This document shows positions 51,401-64,000 of a DNA stretch of 64,000 bases, one piece after another. How positions within the stretch are numbered: position 1 is the stretch's first letter; every line of letters begins with the position of its first letter. The notes under the pieces were generated by a model. It made no database searches, was not told the DNA's origin, and saw only the letters and a list, made by a program, of their open reading frames with translations. Source of the DNA: Narcine bancroftii. Its lineage: Eukaryota. The stretch lies in the NCBI RefSeq assembly GCF_036971445.1, contig NC_091476.1, positions 47,616,001-47,680,000 on the forward strand. The letters run 5' to 3'. Made by a program: the position numbers and the translations under genes.

Positions 51401-53899
51401 TCCATAACAATGCCCTCATACTGCCCTTGCCTGGTGCTAATTAATCTTCCTTTTCATTGTAATCAAATACAGAGCCACTACAAGTAATTATGAAAGGTAA
51501 CAGAAAGTCATCACCTATTTTTCCATGGGAACAGGGAGGTTGTGCTTCATTTGCACAAGGATTTAGTGAGACCACTTCTGAAGTCCTCTTCAACAATTGA
51601 TCCCTCTTGACATGAACACATTGGATGTAATTCAAAGAAGGTTTAATAAACTAAAACCTGGAATGAAAGGTTTTCTTGGGAGGAAAGGTTGCTGGAATAG
51701 ACTTGGTTGAAACATGAAGACCCTGAGAGATTTGGATGTAGAGAGGATTACGAGAAATGTCAGGAATTAGGGAGAGGGGGGTTCCCTACAACCCGATTGG
51801 GCACTTTCTAAAATCTTATCCATCAAGTTTGCAGGAGGCAGAGTTAATATTGTTAAGAGAGAGGTATATTGTAAGTATTGATAAACCAGGAGGTGAAAGA
51901 TTAGCAGAGTGCAGGAATGGGGTTCCAATCAGATCAGCCATCATCTATAGATGGAACTTGCTGAGGGGGATGAATGACTTCCTCCTGGTTCCTAATTCAT
52001 ATTCAGTCAAAATCCAACACATCATCTGCATACAATGGTTGCATATCATAAAGTCAACTACTTGACAATATGGTTTATTACTAACACTGAATGAATTGAG
52101 AGCAACTTAAAATTAAATCTGATGGAAATCACCTCCCCATAAAAGATAAGTAACAGAAGATAGTGAGCCACAATCATGCGTCATTACTTCCGCCGAATGT
52201 GAGTGAGGATGTATGAACATCTCCGCTGGGGTTCCAGTTACATATGTATAAAGACAGAACCGCAAAATAGAAAAACGTATGATCTGCAGGAAAAACTCCT
52301 CCAGCAGATTGTGTGTTGCTCCATATTCCAGCATGTGCAGTCTCTCGTCTGTCTCCACACAAGTGGAAAATATATCCAAGTTTGCCAAGAGCATAAAGAT
52401 AGGTTGGATTGTAAATAGACAAGACAGCAGCATAGAATTACAAAGTAAATTGACGGGTTGTCGGAAATATTAGATTGTTATCTTTTAAATCTTGAAGTCT
52501 AAAATTCAAGTGGAGGAGGATTTGTTGTGTCTATACGAACCCCTGTAGTACCACATACAGTTCTGGGCATGTCACCGTACAGTGAACATATTGGTTGCAA
52601 CATGAATTCCCCAGTATGTTAATAGAACTTCCAGCTATTGTACAGACTAACCTTTGATTAGCCATAATATAGAAGATTAAAGAGTAATTTGATTGTAACT
52701 TTCAGGATTTGGCAAGGCGACTTTATTCACCAATGGGATAGACCAGGACAAGGTTTTATTTTAACAATTCAGAAACAGCCAGAACACTAAAAAACATTCT
52801 GAAAGAGATCTTCCGACAAAAATGCGTCAAATTGTATAAATCGAGTTCAAGTTCATTATCATCTGATTGACAATGTTTGTGTGGACCATAGTGCTTACTC
52901 AAATACACGTAATAGCAGCACATAAAATCAGATGTACATATATATAAAGGCATAATATGACCATATTTTAATATTTTGGAATAATTTACTCAGTTACAGG
53001 ATGCCATTCACCAATCTTTTATTCCAATATCACTTATCAGTCCTATAATGGGTAGGCATCAGCTCAACTGATTGTCTGGAGTTTGGAAATATCAGGTATT
53101 TGCAATGTCGAAGATGACATATGGAGCAAAGGCAGGCAAATGGATAAGATTGTGATCTCACTCGAGAGCGATGCAGATTGGAGGGGGTTGGGGGGGGAGC
53201 TGAATTATCTGCATCTGTCCTTCTGTGCTTTAATTTCTCGCTGCATCTCAAGAGCCAGGGCAAACTACTGAGCTGTTTCTTGTCAAATCTTAACAATGCT
53301 CTGCAGATAATGTGGGCATGTGCAAAAGAATTTAAAAAAAAACTAAAAACATGTTTCACATTTGCAACGTATGCAGAGGAATTTCAAGGAAATACGCCGA
53401 TAAGTAATTGTCTCTGCAGTTTGATAATAAAAAAGGTTGTTCAAGTTACAAAGTCTGTCAATTTAAAAAAAATAAAAGATATGCTTTATAGCCAAATTTG
53501 CACCCTGATGCAGTGCCAGAGAGTCTTGGAGGTGAGTGGCATCTTTTGCAGCCTTAGCTTGTCTCAGAGTGTTTCACAGCCAACAAAGTGGTATCACAGT
53601 GGAGATGTAGAGACATTGGGTCAGAAATTTCTGCTGCGCAGAAACACAAGCAATTCAGCCCTAATTGTCCATGCCAGTCAAGTCAATTCCATTTGTCTGT
53701 GTTCAGCCAATATTGTTGCCCTGAAACTTACGGGAGTTTTGAAGCCAATGCAGAATCTTTGGCGATACCACTGAATCGAAACCTATAAACACAGAACATA
53801 AATGCTCATTTTAGGAAAGACTACGTGCGCCGATTTGGGGAAAGTCATACATGGATTTGCTTGACTTTCTGTTAGTTTAAGCCAAGGTGGCTGGGCTTT

Positions 53900-54930
53900 G
53901 ATACACAAAACTGCTGAAAACTCAGAAGGTCGTGTAGCATCGAAAGGAAGTAAATGGTAATCAACATTTTGTCGAGGCAAGAGCAAAAAGCAGCCAGCTG
54001 CCTGAATTAAAAAGGTGGGGGGAGGTGAGGAGGGAGGAAGGTGTAGGAGTGAAGTACAGGCTGATAGTTAAGAGTTCATTCTCAACTTTTTTCTTTCCAC
54101 TCACATAATGCTTTAAGTCATCCCTTACTTATGGCATCCTTTGCCATAGGTGCTCTGTGGTTATTAAGGGATTACTTAAGGTGGTGTGTGAGTGGAAAGA
54201 AAAGATTGAGAACCACTGCACTAGGGGAAGGGGTTTCACAGAAGGAGAAGTCAATTTTAATGCCATCTGCTTGGAGAATAACTAGATGGAATATTAGGTG
54301 TTGTTTCTCTAATTTGCTGGTGGCTTTGGATAGGTAGTTCATGATGCCATGGATAGACGTGCTGATGTGGGAATGGTGTGGGGAATTAAAATGCCTGGCC
54401 ATTGAAAATCTCTCTTATTACAATGGGCAGAACAAAAGTGCTCAACGAAGTGAAATTCCAGTCTGCATCCAGTCTCTCTGATGTAGATGAGGCCACAGCT
54501 GGAACTTTAGATGCAGTGACCCCTGAAAAGTGTTGCTTCACTTGAAAGGTCTGTTTGGAAGCCCCAAGTGGTGGTGAGGGATGCAGTGTGGGTGTAAGTG
54601 TAGCATTTCTTGTGATCTCAGGGGTAGGTACTGAGGGGGCCATTAGTGGGAAGGGATAAGTTGATGAGGGAGACCCAGAGTGAGTGGTCCCTGTGGAAAG
54701 TTGGGGGGGGGAGGGGAAGATGTGTTTGGTGATGGGATCACATTGTAGGGGGCAGAAATTGCGGAGTACAATATATTGAAGGCAGAGGCTGGTGGGGTAG
54801 TCTTGAGGACAAGGGAAATCCTGTCCTTTTGTCTCAGGGCAGAGGAAGCAGGGCAGATGGTGGGAAGTAGAGGAGAAATAGGTAAGGCCTGAGTTGATGG
54901 CAGTGGAGGCGAAAATCAGAAGATCCAATA
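53900..54930 (-). mobile_element. Penelope-like element (GIY-YIG region and tail), split by a MITE
   Basis: KQTFQVKQHFS, LIYIRETGCRL (a YIGETG variant), ARHFNSPHHSH..KLEKQHLIFHL..GIKIDFS. Confidence 0.85.
54074..54218. mobile_element. Single-unit hAT-Charlie MITE, the monomer of the composite element
   Basis: Hairpin ttctcaac..tttccactcaca..cttaag..gtgagtggaaagaaaagattgagaaccactg. The left TIR is degenerate. Confidence 0.8.
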
Positions 54931-55879
54931 TTATAAGTGCTGGACTTGACCTGACCTTGTTGGGAAGCTTTATCCTAAGCAAATGATCTCCACACAAGAT
55001 GGCCTCCACTCACCAATGAGATCAGCGCAATGCAGAATGCAACGGTGGATGGGACTACTAAATTCTGTGAGGAGTTTGATTGGATTATCAAGGCAGCATG
55101 CATTATAATGGGGGCTGCAGCTTGTCAGCTTTCATTCAATCAAGTAATCTGACCTAAGGAACCAACTGCACCCAACAGTTCTGAGCATTGCAGAGTCTCA
55201 CCAACAGCTGAGTTACTTTGCTGATCTTGGCCTAGCTTGATGAACTGCACGGTTAATGTCGTGGTTGGCGCAATGCTATTACAGTGCCGCCGACCCAGAT
55301 TCCAATCTGCCACTGTCCGTAAGGAGTTTGCATGTTCTCCCTGTGTCCACATGTGTTTTCCCTGGATGTTCTGGTTTTAAATGATTATGATGAGTTTATT
55401 GTTACAGAGACTGTACATATGAACCAAAATTCTTACTTGCTGTAGCTGAGCAGGTACTTGTAAAGAAAAACAGTAAAAATAAACTAATTAAATGCAATTA
55501 ATAGAGACAAGAAGTACAAAAGACAGATAATAAATATTTACAGTGATCCCATTGCAAAAGGAGTGTCTTGCAATGGGGCGGACAGTTGGTTTGTGGTATC
55601 ACAGCAGGCCTCGATTAATGTAACAAGAAGAGGTTCATTGCTCTCACAGATCAACAATGCAACACTCCTGTCCCTTTTGTCACACACTAATAATCACTCC
55701 TCAGCCTCCTTTGCTCCAAGGAATAAAGACCCCACCTACCTGACCAAAACAATTGGAGGACAACTACATGACAACAATGAAAATGTACTAATTCTATACA
55801 GAACCAGGGGTTAGGATTGAACCCGGGTCTCCGGCATTGTGAGGTATTGACTCTGCAATTTTCTCCAGGTGAGGCTGAG

Positions 55880-56360
55880 CTTCACATGCTCATCATTCAT
55901 CCTGATCGAGAGCATTCAGTGTGGCCTCCTCCACATCGATGAGACCAAACACAGACTGGGTGACGGCTTCCCTCAACACTTATGCTCTATGCACGGGTCT
56001 AAGCCTGAACTTACACAACCATTCCTACAGTGACTTGTCTATCTTCAGTCTCATCCATTGCCATTTATTTCCATTCCTTCCATGTCTTCTTCCCCTGTTT
56101 CTGTTCTGTTCCTACTTTTCCTTCTAATCTTTCCCTTTCCCAGTGGTCTCTCCCTCCCACCTGCCCTTCCACCTTCAGTCCAATAGCCTATTACCTCTAT
56201 TCCCTCCTCACTTTCTTACCCCCTTACTTCTTGCTTGACACACCTGATGACACTCCTTCCTATTTCATCTCAATCAAGGGTCCCGATTCCAAATACCGGC
56301 TGTCCATTTCCACCCATGGATTCTGCCTCTGACCTGTTGAGCTCAAGATTCCAGCATTTC
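55880..56360 (+). mobile_element. Penelope-like element fragment
   Basis: GLLHIDETKHRLGDGFPQH (GIY-YIG remnant) followed by the family tail. Confidence 0.7.
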
Positions 56361-58234
56361 CAGGGTTTTTTTTCCTCATTTCCCAGTTGTCTCGCAGACT
56401 GCAGTGACCATCATGATTTCCACGTCCACATTTGACTTCCCTACTTTTCCCACCTGTGGGCACCTCTGAGACACTGAGGTTCAGAACTGTTCAAACTTCT
56501 TCCACTCAGCACTGACCTCTCAAGCCATTGAAAAGGCAGATGCAACACCACTGCCCCACTTCCACAACACACATCAGGAGCATGCAGCAAAAAGCCCATT
56601 TGGAACTTGATTTGAATATATTTAAAATGCAGAACAAGGTGACATTCCCTTTTGTTGTTGATTTAAAGATAAACCAAAGAATAGAGACAGAAAATTAAAA
56701 GCATAACTGAAATGCCATGTAAACCAGATGAATGAAGGAAAACGACAGCCAAAGGCAAGTAGAAAGTTCTTGCATATGATTAATAATTAGGGGAAACAGA
56801 AATACAAAATAAGTTGACAGATCAGGTTGACTGCTGAACTGTTAACAAGGTCGATCCCATCTCTGCCTTCCAGCACTCCAAGCAACTTGTAATTATTCTG
56901 TCAATGTAAACTTCAGATTGTCGAAAATGACAGTTGAAATACAAACATGGCACATTAAGTCATTACTGTGCCACCAGCTCTGCTCTCTGTGGGACATCAC
57001 AGCTTACTCTGAACAAACATAGCATATATCAAAAGTTGAGCTTTGTATATTTTCAGTAAAGCTGGTTGACTTGCAGGGTTTGAATAGGTTCAGGTCGGAT
57101 ATTCGCAAAAATTAGAATGTGGCTTCACTGGGAGTTTACTTTGAAGCTTCAAGTTGACACGTGCAAATTAACCCTAGGTGATGAAAGTGATGGGAGGTCA
57201 CTTTTTACCACTCTACCAGAGCTTCTGATAGGTGGTTTGCCTCACGGCCAAACACAGTGACCTTCATTGATGGGGACATAAAAGTAAGATTTTCCTGTAG
57301 GAAACCTCTTTAAAGGAAAAACCTCAGCAGTTTGCAGCTAATGGAAGCAAAGAGCCTGTTGAGCCTTGATTCATTATTTCCATGTATTGGATGAAAACCA
57401 ATTCAAAGGTCAATGCTACCCCAGGACCCTACCCTCTGCAATGTTACTCCTCCCATATCCTGGTAGGTGAGATTCCAGGTCCTCACAGTGACTGGAAAAT
57501 ACTGAGCATTCCAGCAGGGAAAGAAAAATTGATTAGCCTGGAAAAACCGTGCAATTCACCCTGTACTCAGAAAATAGTCAGATTTTGTTTTACCCAATTA
57601 ATTAATCGGCAAGACAATTCATCGCTTTTCTCCTTATGTTTCTGCAGAATTAAGCCTTGCACGTTTTTGTAGCTTTTGCCTCATCAAGGAATTCGAGATG
57701 TGAACTCTATATGATACCTTTCTTCCTCCCCCCCCCAATAACTATCACTCCCCTGGGTGCCAGACCCAAGCATTTGATTTTTGACATTCCCGATGAAGCC
57801 GGCTGTTTTTTACTTCCTCTGGATGTCGTGGGCCCTGCTGAGTTTCTCCAGCACTTTTGTGCTCCACCAGATCCCAGCATATGCAGATTTTCTGGTTTGG
57901 CAGCAATTATAAGGTGGTCCTTTTTGTTAAAGAGTGTTGTCTCCACCAAGTTTACTACTTTGACCTAAGTTGAGTCAATGAAGGGGAAGAATGGGAGATG
58001 TGTAGATATAGGTTGAGATAACTGAAGAAACAAAAGGCTGATGTAAACTCTTGAAAACACTTTAAGACCTTTGAAAGTGCTACTGCAAACACAAATAATT
58101 TGGCAAAAGTATGACGTAGACCATTCTTTCTCCCTCACACCCGTAGAAACCTCCTTTGAATGAACTTGCATTGCCTTGCACCAGGTTTACAGAGGCAAGA
58201 GTTTCTCAGCAAGGTCCCCATCAAACATTAGTAA

Positions 58235-58405
58235 AACGCGAAAATCTGCACGGTGGAAGTAATAGCACACAATGCTGGAGAAACTCAGCAGGTCAAACAG
58301 TGCCCTTTATAAAGCAAAGATAAAGATTCACAACCAACTATTCAGTCTTTAGCCCTTCATCAGCCACAACTTGAGGAAGGGCTCAAGTCTGAAACATTGG
58401 TTATG
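58235..58405. mobile_element. Penelope-derived tail with a short inverted second tail
   Basis: tgctggagaaactcagcaggtca, then an inverted repeat at 58341-58362 versus 58372-58393 (19/22). Confidence 0.7.
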
Positions 58406-59467
58406 ACCCTTGATTCTCTGATAATCAAATGCCTGTCAATTTCTGCCTTAAGTCTGCCTAGCGACCTTGCTTCCACTGGGAACAAGTTCTACAGACTCAC
58501 GACTCTCTGGCTAAAGAAATTTTGCCACATTTCTATTTGAAATCGATGCCCTTTCATCCTGAATAGTGGCCTCTTGTCCTGGACTCCCCTAACATGTGAT
58601 GTGGTAAGCCTCTGGTTTTGTGGAGATAGGTTTAGCACTTTTATCGATGATCAGGAGAAAATGTATGGAACAGCCCATAAACTCTGTGATCAACTATCAA
58701 CATCACTTTCTCAGGCACTGGAAGATCGCTTATTAATTAATGTAAATAAGTTCTTTAATTAAAAATCAGAGAAAGTGAGAAGCAGAGAATCAGTAGTTCA
58801 GGCAGCTTACGCAGAGAGTAACTCTTCAGGCCATCAGAACTGGAGAAGAGAGAAACACGTTGTAAAGAGCTGAGAGAACAAAGGGAATGTCTCTGATAGA
58901 GCTTGTGATAGAGCTGGGGATAAGACTGTTCATGGTGGAGTCTCTCTCTCTCTCAATTGCATTTGATGGACTGCTTCACACATACTTGCGGTGAGCTATC
59001 TTTCTGGTCTATTCGAAAGAAATTCATAACTTTTTATGTCAGAATGCTTGCATGAGATCCAATGCATTCTGCAGGATCATATTTTGGAGTTTGCTTCTGG
59101 TACAATATGTACCAGAAACATAACTCTCTGTGGTCGATGAAATATTATAGCCTCTATGCTTTCATCTGTTCTGGTTTCTTTTCCATAGCAGCACATTAGA
59201 TGATGTAAATTCTCTGCATTGACTGGCCACTTGGCTGGGAAGCAGTGCCTTGGGTATTTTTATTTGTTCCACTGCGTAGTCTTTCTCTTGAATCACACAG
59301 CTCGCTGTCATTTGGCAAGCGGCCACTTGTTAATTTGGTTTTCTGGCAGGCTGTCTAAATTTCATCATTAGCACCTCCAAGGCTATCTATCAGTTTCAGT
59401 CTCCTGGATTCTGAAGGGTAGTCAGGAAGTTGAATAAAAAAAGTGTTTTATTAACCCAACAACTTAC

Positions 59468-59571
59468 CCTGCAGAGACACGGAGAACATTTTATCCTCGC
59501 GCCTGTCCATCCTCTGTTCAACACTAGCAATATTAGATGTCATGAAGGACGCACACTGCACATTTTATAAA
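59468..59571 (-). promoter_or_regulatory. Candidate TATA promoter and first exon
   Basis: Minus strand: TATAAAA at 59569-59563, in-frame ATGs at 59543 and 59510, and a consensus donor CAGG|GTAAGT at 59468/59467. Confidence 0.3.
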
Positions 59572-60386
59572 TCCCATACACCAGGAATGCAGAGAGCTGC
59601 CTCAGGTAGCAAATATAGACAGATCCATCATGGACTCCAACTTGTCATCCATTGGAGACATCTGTGTGAGGCGCTATGTCAAGAAGGCAGCCAACGGAGG
59701 AGTCATGTGATGGAATAGTGGCCGGTAGGGTAATACCAGCCCTCTCCAGAAAAGAAAAAAAGTGAAGAAAAGACAAAGTTCAATAAATACAAAATATAAG
59801 AAATAAAAGATAAAGTTGTAGAGAAAAGAAAGAAAATGGCACCCAAGAAGGAACAAGTAAAAACGGGGAAAAAAGAAAAGACACCGGAAAAGAAAGGAGA
59901 AGGCCTTACCTGCACGAAGAAACAGGGAGCCGTGGTGGAGAAAAGCGCCCGATCTCCGAAGTTGGTGTCGGCCCTGCGGAGTCATGACCCCCCAGCTGCT
60001 GGACTGCAAAAATGGCTCTCTGAGTCAAACAAAAATGTGCAAACCAAGGAGAAGGAGAACACCGACGGGAGGGGGGGTCAGCCAAGGAGCGGGCAACCAC
60101 AGCGCGACCAGCTGAAGGATGCCCGACACCAGGGCTCTCAGCAGGAGAGGGAATGAAAGGAAAGAAGAGCAGCAGCAGGAGGCTCAGATGAGCAGCTCAG
60201 AAGAAGAGGACCAACAGCAAGAGGCCAAGCAAGAAGAGGCCTGACAAAGTGAGACAAGCAACTCATCAGGAAAGTCAGAAGAGACACAGATACAAAGAAG
60301 AGAAGAAGACACAAACATAGGTACAGACACAGAAGAAGAGGAAGAAGATGACCAAGATCTTCACAGGGAAATAGAAGGTAAAACAG

Positions 60387-61177
60387 ATGGACAGAATATA
60401 GATAAAGCTTTTTTTTGAAGAACAAATGAGAGCATTAAAAGAATGGTTGTCATTAGAATTTAGTGCAATTAAAAGAAAAATGAAAAGAACAGAAGATAAA
60501 ATGCAAAGATTAGAACTAGTCATAACAGAAATAGGGAAAAGAGTAGAAAATGTGGAAGAACGAGAAACAGCTGTAGAAATGGAAGAAAATTGGAAGAAAG
60601 TGATAAAAAAAATTAAAGAGTCACAAAAGTTGTTAGCTCAGAAAATTGATATGTTGGAAAATTATAGTAGGCGAAACAACATAAAAATAGTGGGCCCAAA
60701 GGAAGATAAAGAAGGCACAGATATGAAGGAAATTATAAAAGAATGGATCCCAAAGGTCCTGGGAATGACAGAAATGCAGGAAGGAATGGAAATAGAAAGG
60801 GCACACAGAGCACTAGCCCTGAAACCACAGACACAAAACCAAGATCCATTTTAGTAAAATTTTTGAGATGTACAACAAGAGAAAATATACTGGAGCAGGC
60901 AAGGAATAAAATTAGAGAAGACAATAAACCATTGGAATACAAGGGTCAAAAAATATTTTTTAACCCAGACATAAGTTTTGAACTCTTAAAGAAGAGGAAG
61001 GAGTTTAATACAGCAAAATCGATCCTATGGAAAAAAGGTTAAAAATTTATGTTAAGACATCCAGCTGTGCTTAAAATATTTATCCCTGGGGAGCAAAACA
61101 GACTGTTCTCAGATCCAGAGGAAGCACAAGAATTTGCAGAACGCTTAGAGGACAGAAGGAGAGATGAAGAAATGTAA
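60387..61177 (+). pseudogene. L1 ORF1 (coiled coil, RRM, CTD), frameshifted; start approximate
   Basis: IDMLENYSRRNNIKIVG..IERAHR..PRSILVKFLR..IFFNPDIS..KKRKEF, split across frames. Confidence 0.85.
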
Positions 61178-61611
61178 CAAAATTAAAGAATGGTGATAAA
61201 ATATTTATAAAGATGTAAAAACAATGAATAAATAAAGAACTAAAGAAGGGAAAGAGAAGGGAAGAAAGGAAATAAGGGGAAAAAAGGGAGAACTTTGTTA
61301 TATGTGTAAAAAAAATGTTTTCTGGGGGGGTTGGGGGGGGAGAGAATAACCGTCACTGCGACATCAGTTGATGCTTGCGAGCAGGTTTGCAATCCAAACG
61401 GAAAAGGGAGTTGTGGTTGCCCGGCAAGGGATAAAGGGCACTCAGAGAGAGGAGGGATATTTGGGGTTAAAGGAATAGTGGATGTGGGAGTTGTTGGAGT
61501 ATTTTATGTTTTAAAATGTGTTGTCATACATTGAGTTTAAAAAGGGAAAACTGAGAGATGAAAATGGGATGGTGGTGAGGAAGCAGAAATTAGATGTAAA
61601 CAGGATATGAG

Positions 61612-64000
61612 ATGGCCATGTTGAACTATATGATTATAAACATTAATGGAATACATAACCAAATTAAAAGGAAGAGGCTATTAAATTTACTGAAAAAAAG
61701 AAAAAATAGATATAGCATTTGTGCAGGAAACGCATCTAATTGAAGTGGAACATAACAAATTAAAGAGAGACTGGGTAGGGCACGTAGTGGGAGCATCATA
61801 TAATTCAAAAGCTAGAGGTGTAGCTATATTAATTAATAAAAATGTACCAATCAAAATAGAGGAGGAAATAATAGATCCAGCAGGGTGGCATGCAATGATA
61901 AAGTGTCAGATACATTCAAAATTTTGGAATTTGCTCAATATATATGCATTTAATGAAGAAGATCAAAAGTTAATGCAAGATTTTTTTTGAAGATTGTAGA
62001 TACACAAGGAAATATATTGATAGGAGGGGATTTTAACCTTAATTTGGATCCAATGTTGGAAACAACTGGACAAAAGACTAGCAAAAAGAATAAAGTGGGC
62101 AGATTTATGGTTAAATCAATGCAGGAAATGAAACTTATGGATATATGGAGGAGGCAGCACCCAAGAGAGAAGGAATACTCATATTATACAAGTAGGCATA
62201 AAATATACTCAAGGATTGATATGTTTTTGTTGTTGGCCCATATTCAAGGGAGAGTTAGGAAAACTGAATATAAAGCTAGATTACTATCTGATCATTCACC
62301 CCTGTTATTAGCAATAGAACTGGAGGACATCCCACTAAGACATATAGATGGAGGTTAAACTCCATGCTACTTAAAAGACAGGAATTTAGAGAGTTTATTG
62401 AATGCCAAATCAAAACATATTTTGAAATAAATAGGGAATCAGTGAAAGACAAATTCATATTATGGGATGCAATGAAAGCCTTCATTAGAGGGCAGATAAT
62501 AAGTTATGTAACTAAGATGCAAAAAGATTACAATCGAGAAATAGAGCAGTTGGAAAGGGACATTGTAAGTACAGAATAGGAACTAGTAAAAAGGGATGAT
62601 ATAACAAAAAGGAGAGAATTGGCGGACAAATAAATAAAATACGAAACATTACAAATGTATAAGGTGGAGAAGAACATAATGAAAATAAAGCAAAAGTATT
62701 ACAAACTAGGAGAAAAAACACATAAAATATTAGCCTGGTAACTTAAAAGAGGAACAAAACAAACTGATAAAACCATTTGAAATAGAGGAAGTACAGGATA
62801 TATTAAAAAAGCTGCTGAACAATAAAATGCCTGGAGAGGATGGATTCCCAATAGAATTCTACAAAACATTTAAAGAGTTCTCTCTCCTTTCCTCGAAGTA
62901 ATGAACCAGATAGAAGAAACACAAAACTTGCCAGATTCATTTAAGACAGCAATAATTACAGTAATACCAAAGATGGGGAAGGATCCATTAACACCAGCAT
63001 CATATAGACTAATATCTCTACTTAATTCAGATTATGTTAATAGCAAAATTATTAGCAAACAGATTGGCCGATTGTGGACCAAAAATAGTAAAACAGGATC
63101 AAACCGGATTTATTAAGAAAAGACGAACAGCAGATAATGTCTGTAAATTTATTAATCTAATTCATGCAGTTCAAGGAAATAAGAAGCCAACAGTGGCTGT
63201 TGCTTTAGATGCAGAAAAAGCCTTTGACAGAGTAGAATGGAATTATGTATTCAAAGTATTACAGAGGTTCAATCTACCAGAAAAATATATTAATTGTATT
63301 AAAGCATTATATAATGGACCATTGGTGAAGGTAACAGTAAAAGGATATGTATCGAACCAAATTAAATTAAGTAGGTCAACTAGGCAGGGATGTCCATCTT
63401 CCCCCTCACTGTTCGCTTTAGCAATAAAACCATTGGCAGAACTGATAAGAACAGAAAATAAAATAAAAGGGATAAAAATAAAGGCAAAGGAGTTTAAAAT
63501 CAATTTATTTGCAGATGAGATCATAATATACTTAACAGAACAAGAAATATCAATAAAAGAATTACATAAGAAATTGAAGGAGTATGGAGTATGGAGAAAT
63601 ATCGGGGATCAACGCAAATAAAAGTGAAGTGATTCCAATGAATAATGCAAACACCAGCAATCCAATACCTAGATATTAGGTTAGATAATAACTTAATCCA
63701 CCAGTACAAATTAAATTATCAGCCACTAATAAAGAAATTGCAGGAAGACTTAGAACATTGGAAAGAATTACCGCTAATGTTGATAGGGAGGGTAAATTGC
63801 ATTAAAAATGAATGTCTTCCCAAGGATACAATACTTATTTCAATCATTACCAATTCCCTTAACAGAGAAATTCTTTAATGAATTAAAGAGAAAAATAAGG
63901 AAATTCTTGGAAAGGGGGGAAACCAAGGATAGTGTTAGATAAATTAACAGAGAGGTACAACCAAGGTGGTTTGCAGTTACCAAACTTTAAAAATTATTAT
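61612..64000 (+). pseudogene. L1 ORF2 (APE endonuclease and reverse transcriptase), frameshifted and internally deleted
   Basis: NINGI, QETH, GGDFN, SRIDMF, SDHSP (APE). PGEDG, YRLISLLNSD, QTGF, LDAEKAFDRVEW, RQGCP, LFADE (RT). Stops, frameshifts and a deletion near 62750. Confidence 0.93.

Larger units (their letters stand above)
59698..64000 (+). mobile_element. L1-clade LINE, 5' end present, continues past the window
   Basis: 5' UTR, ORF1, inter-ORF region and ORF2 (APE then RT) in canonical order. Strongly A-rich sense strand. Confidence 0.95.

Noticed and set aside
53178-53774. 198-aa ORF
   Set aside because: Non-ATG start, no recognisable domain, no clear splice context and a random-looking composition.
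54386-55009. 207-aa ORF
   Set aside because: It is a mostly off-frame reading of the decayed Penelope element.

Overview
Eukaryotic, vertebrate-like DNA with no recognisable host protein-coding gene, RNA gene or CRISPR array. Nearly all recognisable ORFs are fragments of decayed transposable elements. The repeat spectrum suggests an intronic or intergenic region of a cartilaginous fish (shark or ray); this is inference, not a database result. That spectrum includes CR1, Rex1/Babar, RTE, L1, L2/CR1-like LINEs, Penelope-like GIY-YIG elements, HE1/V-type SINEs, Deu-SINE relics, Gypsy LTR elements and hAT, Tigger and Harbinger MITEs. The largest elements are a 5'-intact but frameshifted L1 (59.7-64 kb), a decayed Rex1/Babar LINE (6.9-9.1 kb), two copies of one Gypsy family and a 1.1-kb solo LTR with TSD. 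The observations most worth checking are: (1) a composite hAT-Charlie MITE pair that moved as one unit with a captured spacer, present twice; (2) Penelope-derived foldback elements with minimal hammerhead-ribozyme remnants; (3) a microhomology-joined inverted LINE copy inside a MITE hairpin loop; (4) a non-coding repeat family with a Rex1-like tail; (5) a candidate TATA-driven first exon head-to-head with the L1. I found no convincing new protein-coding system. Boundaries without a stated TSD or TIR are approximate.
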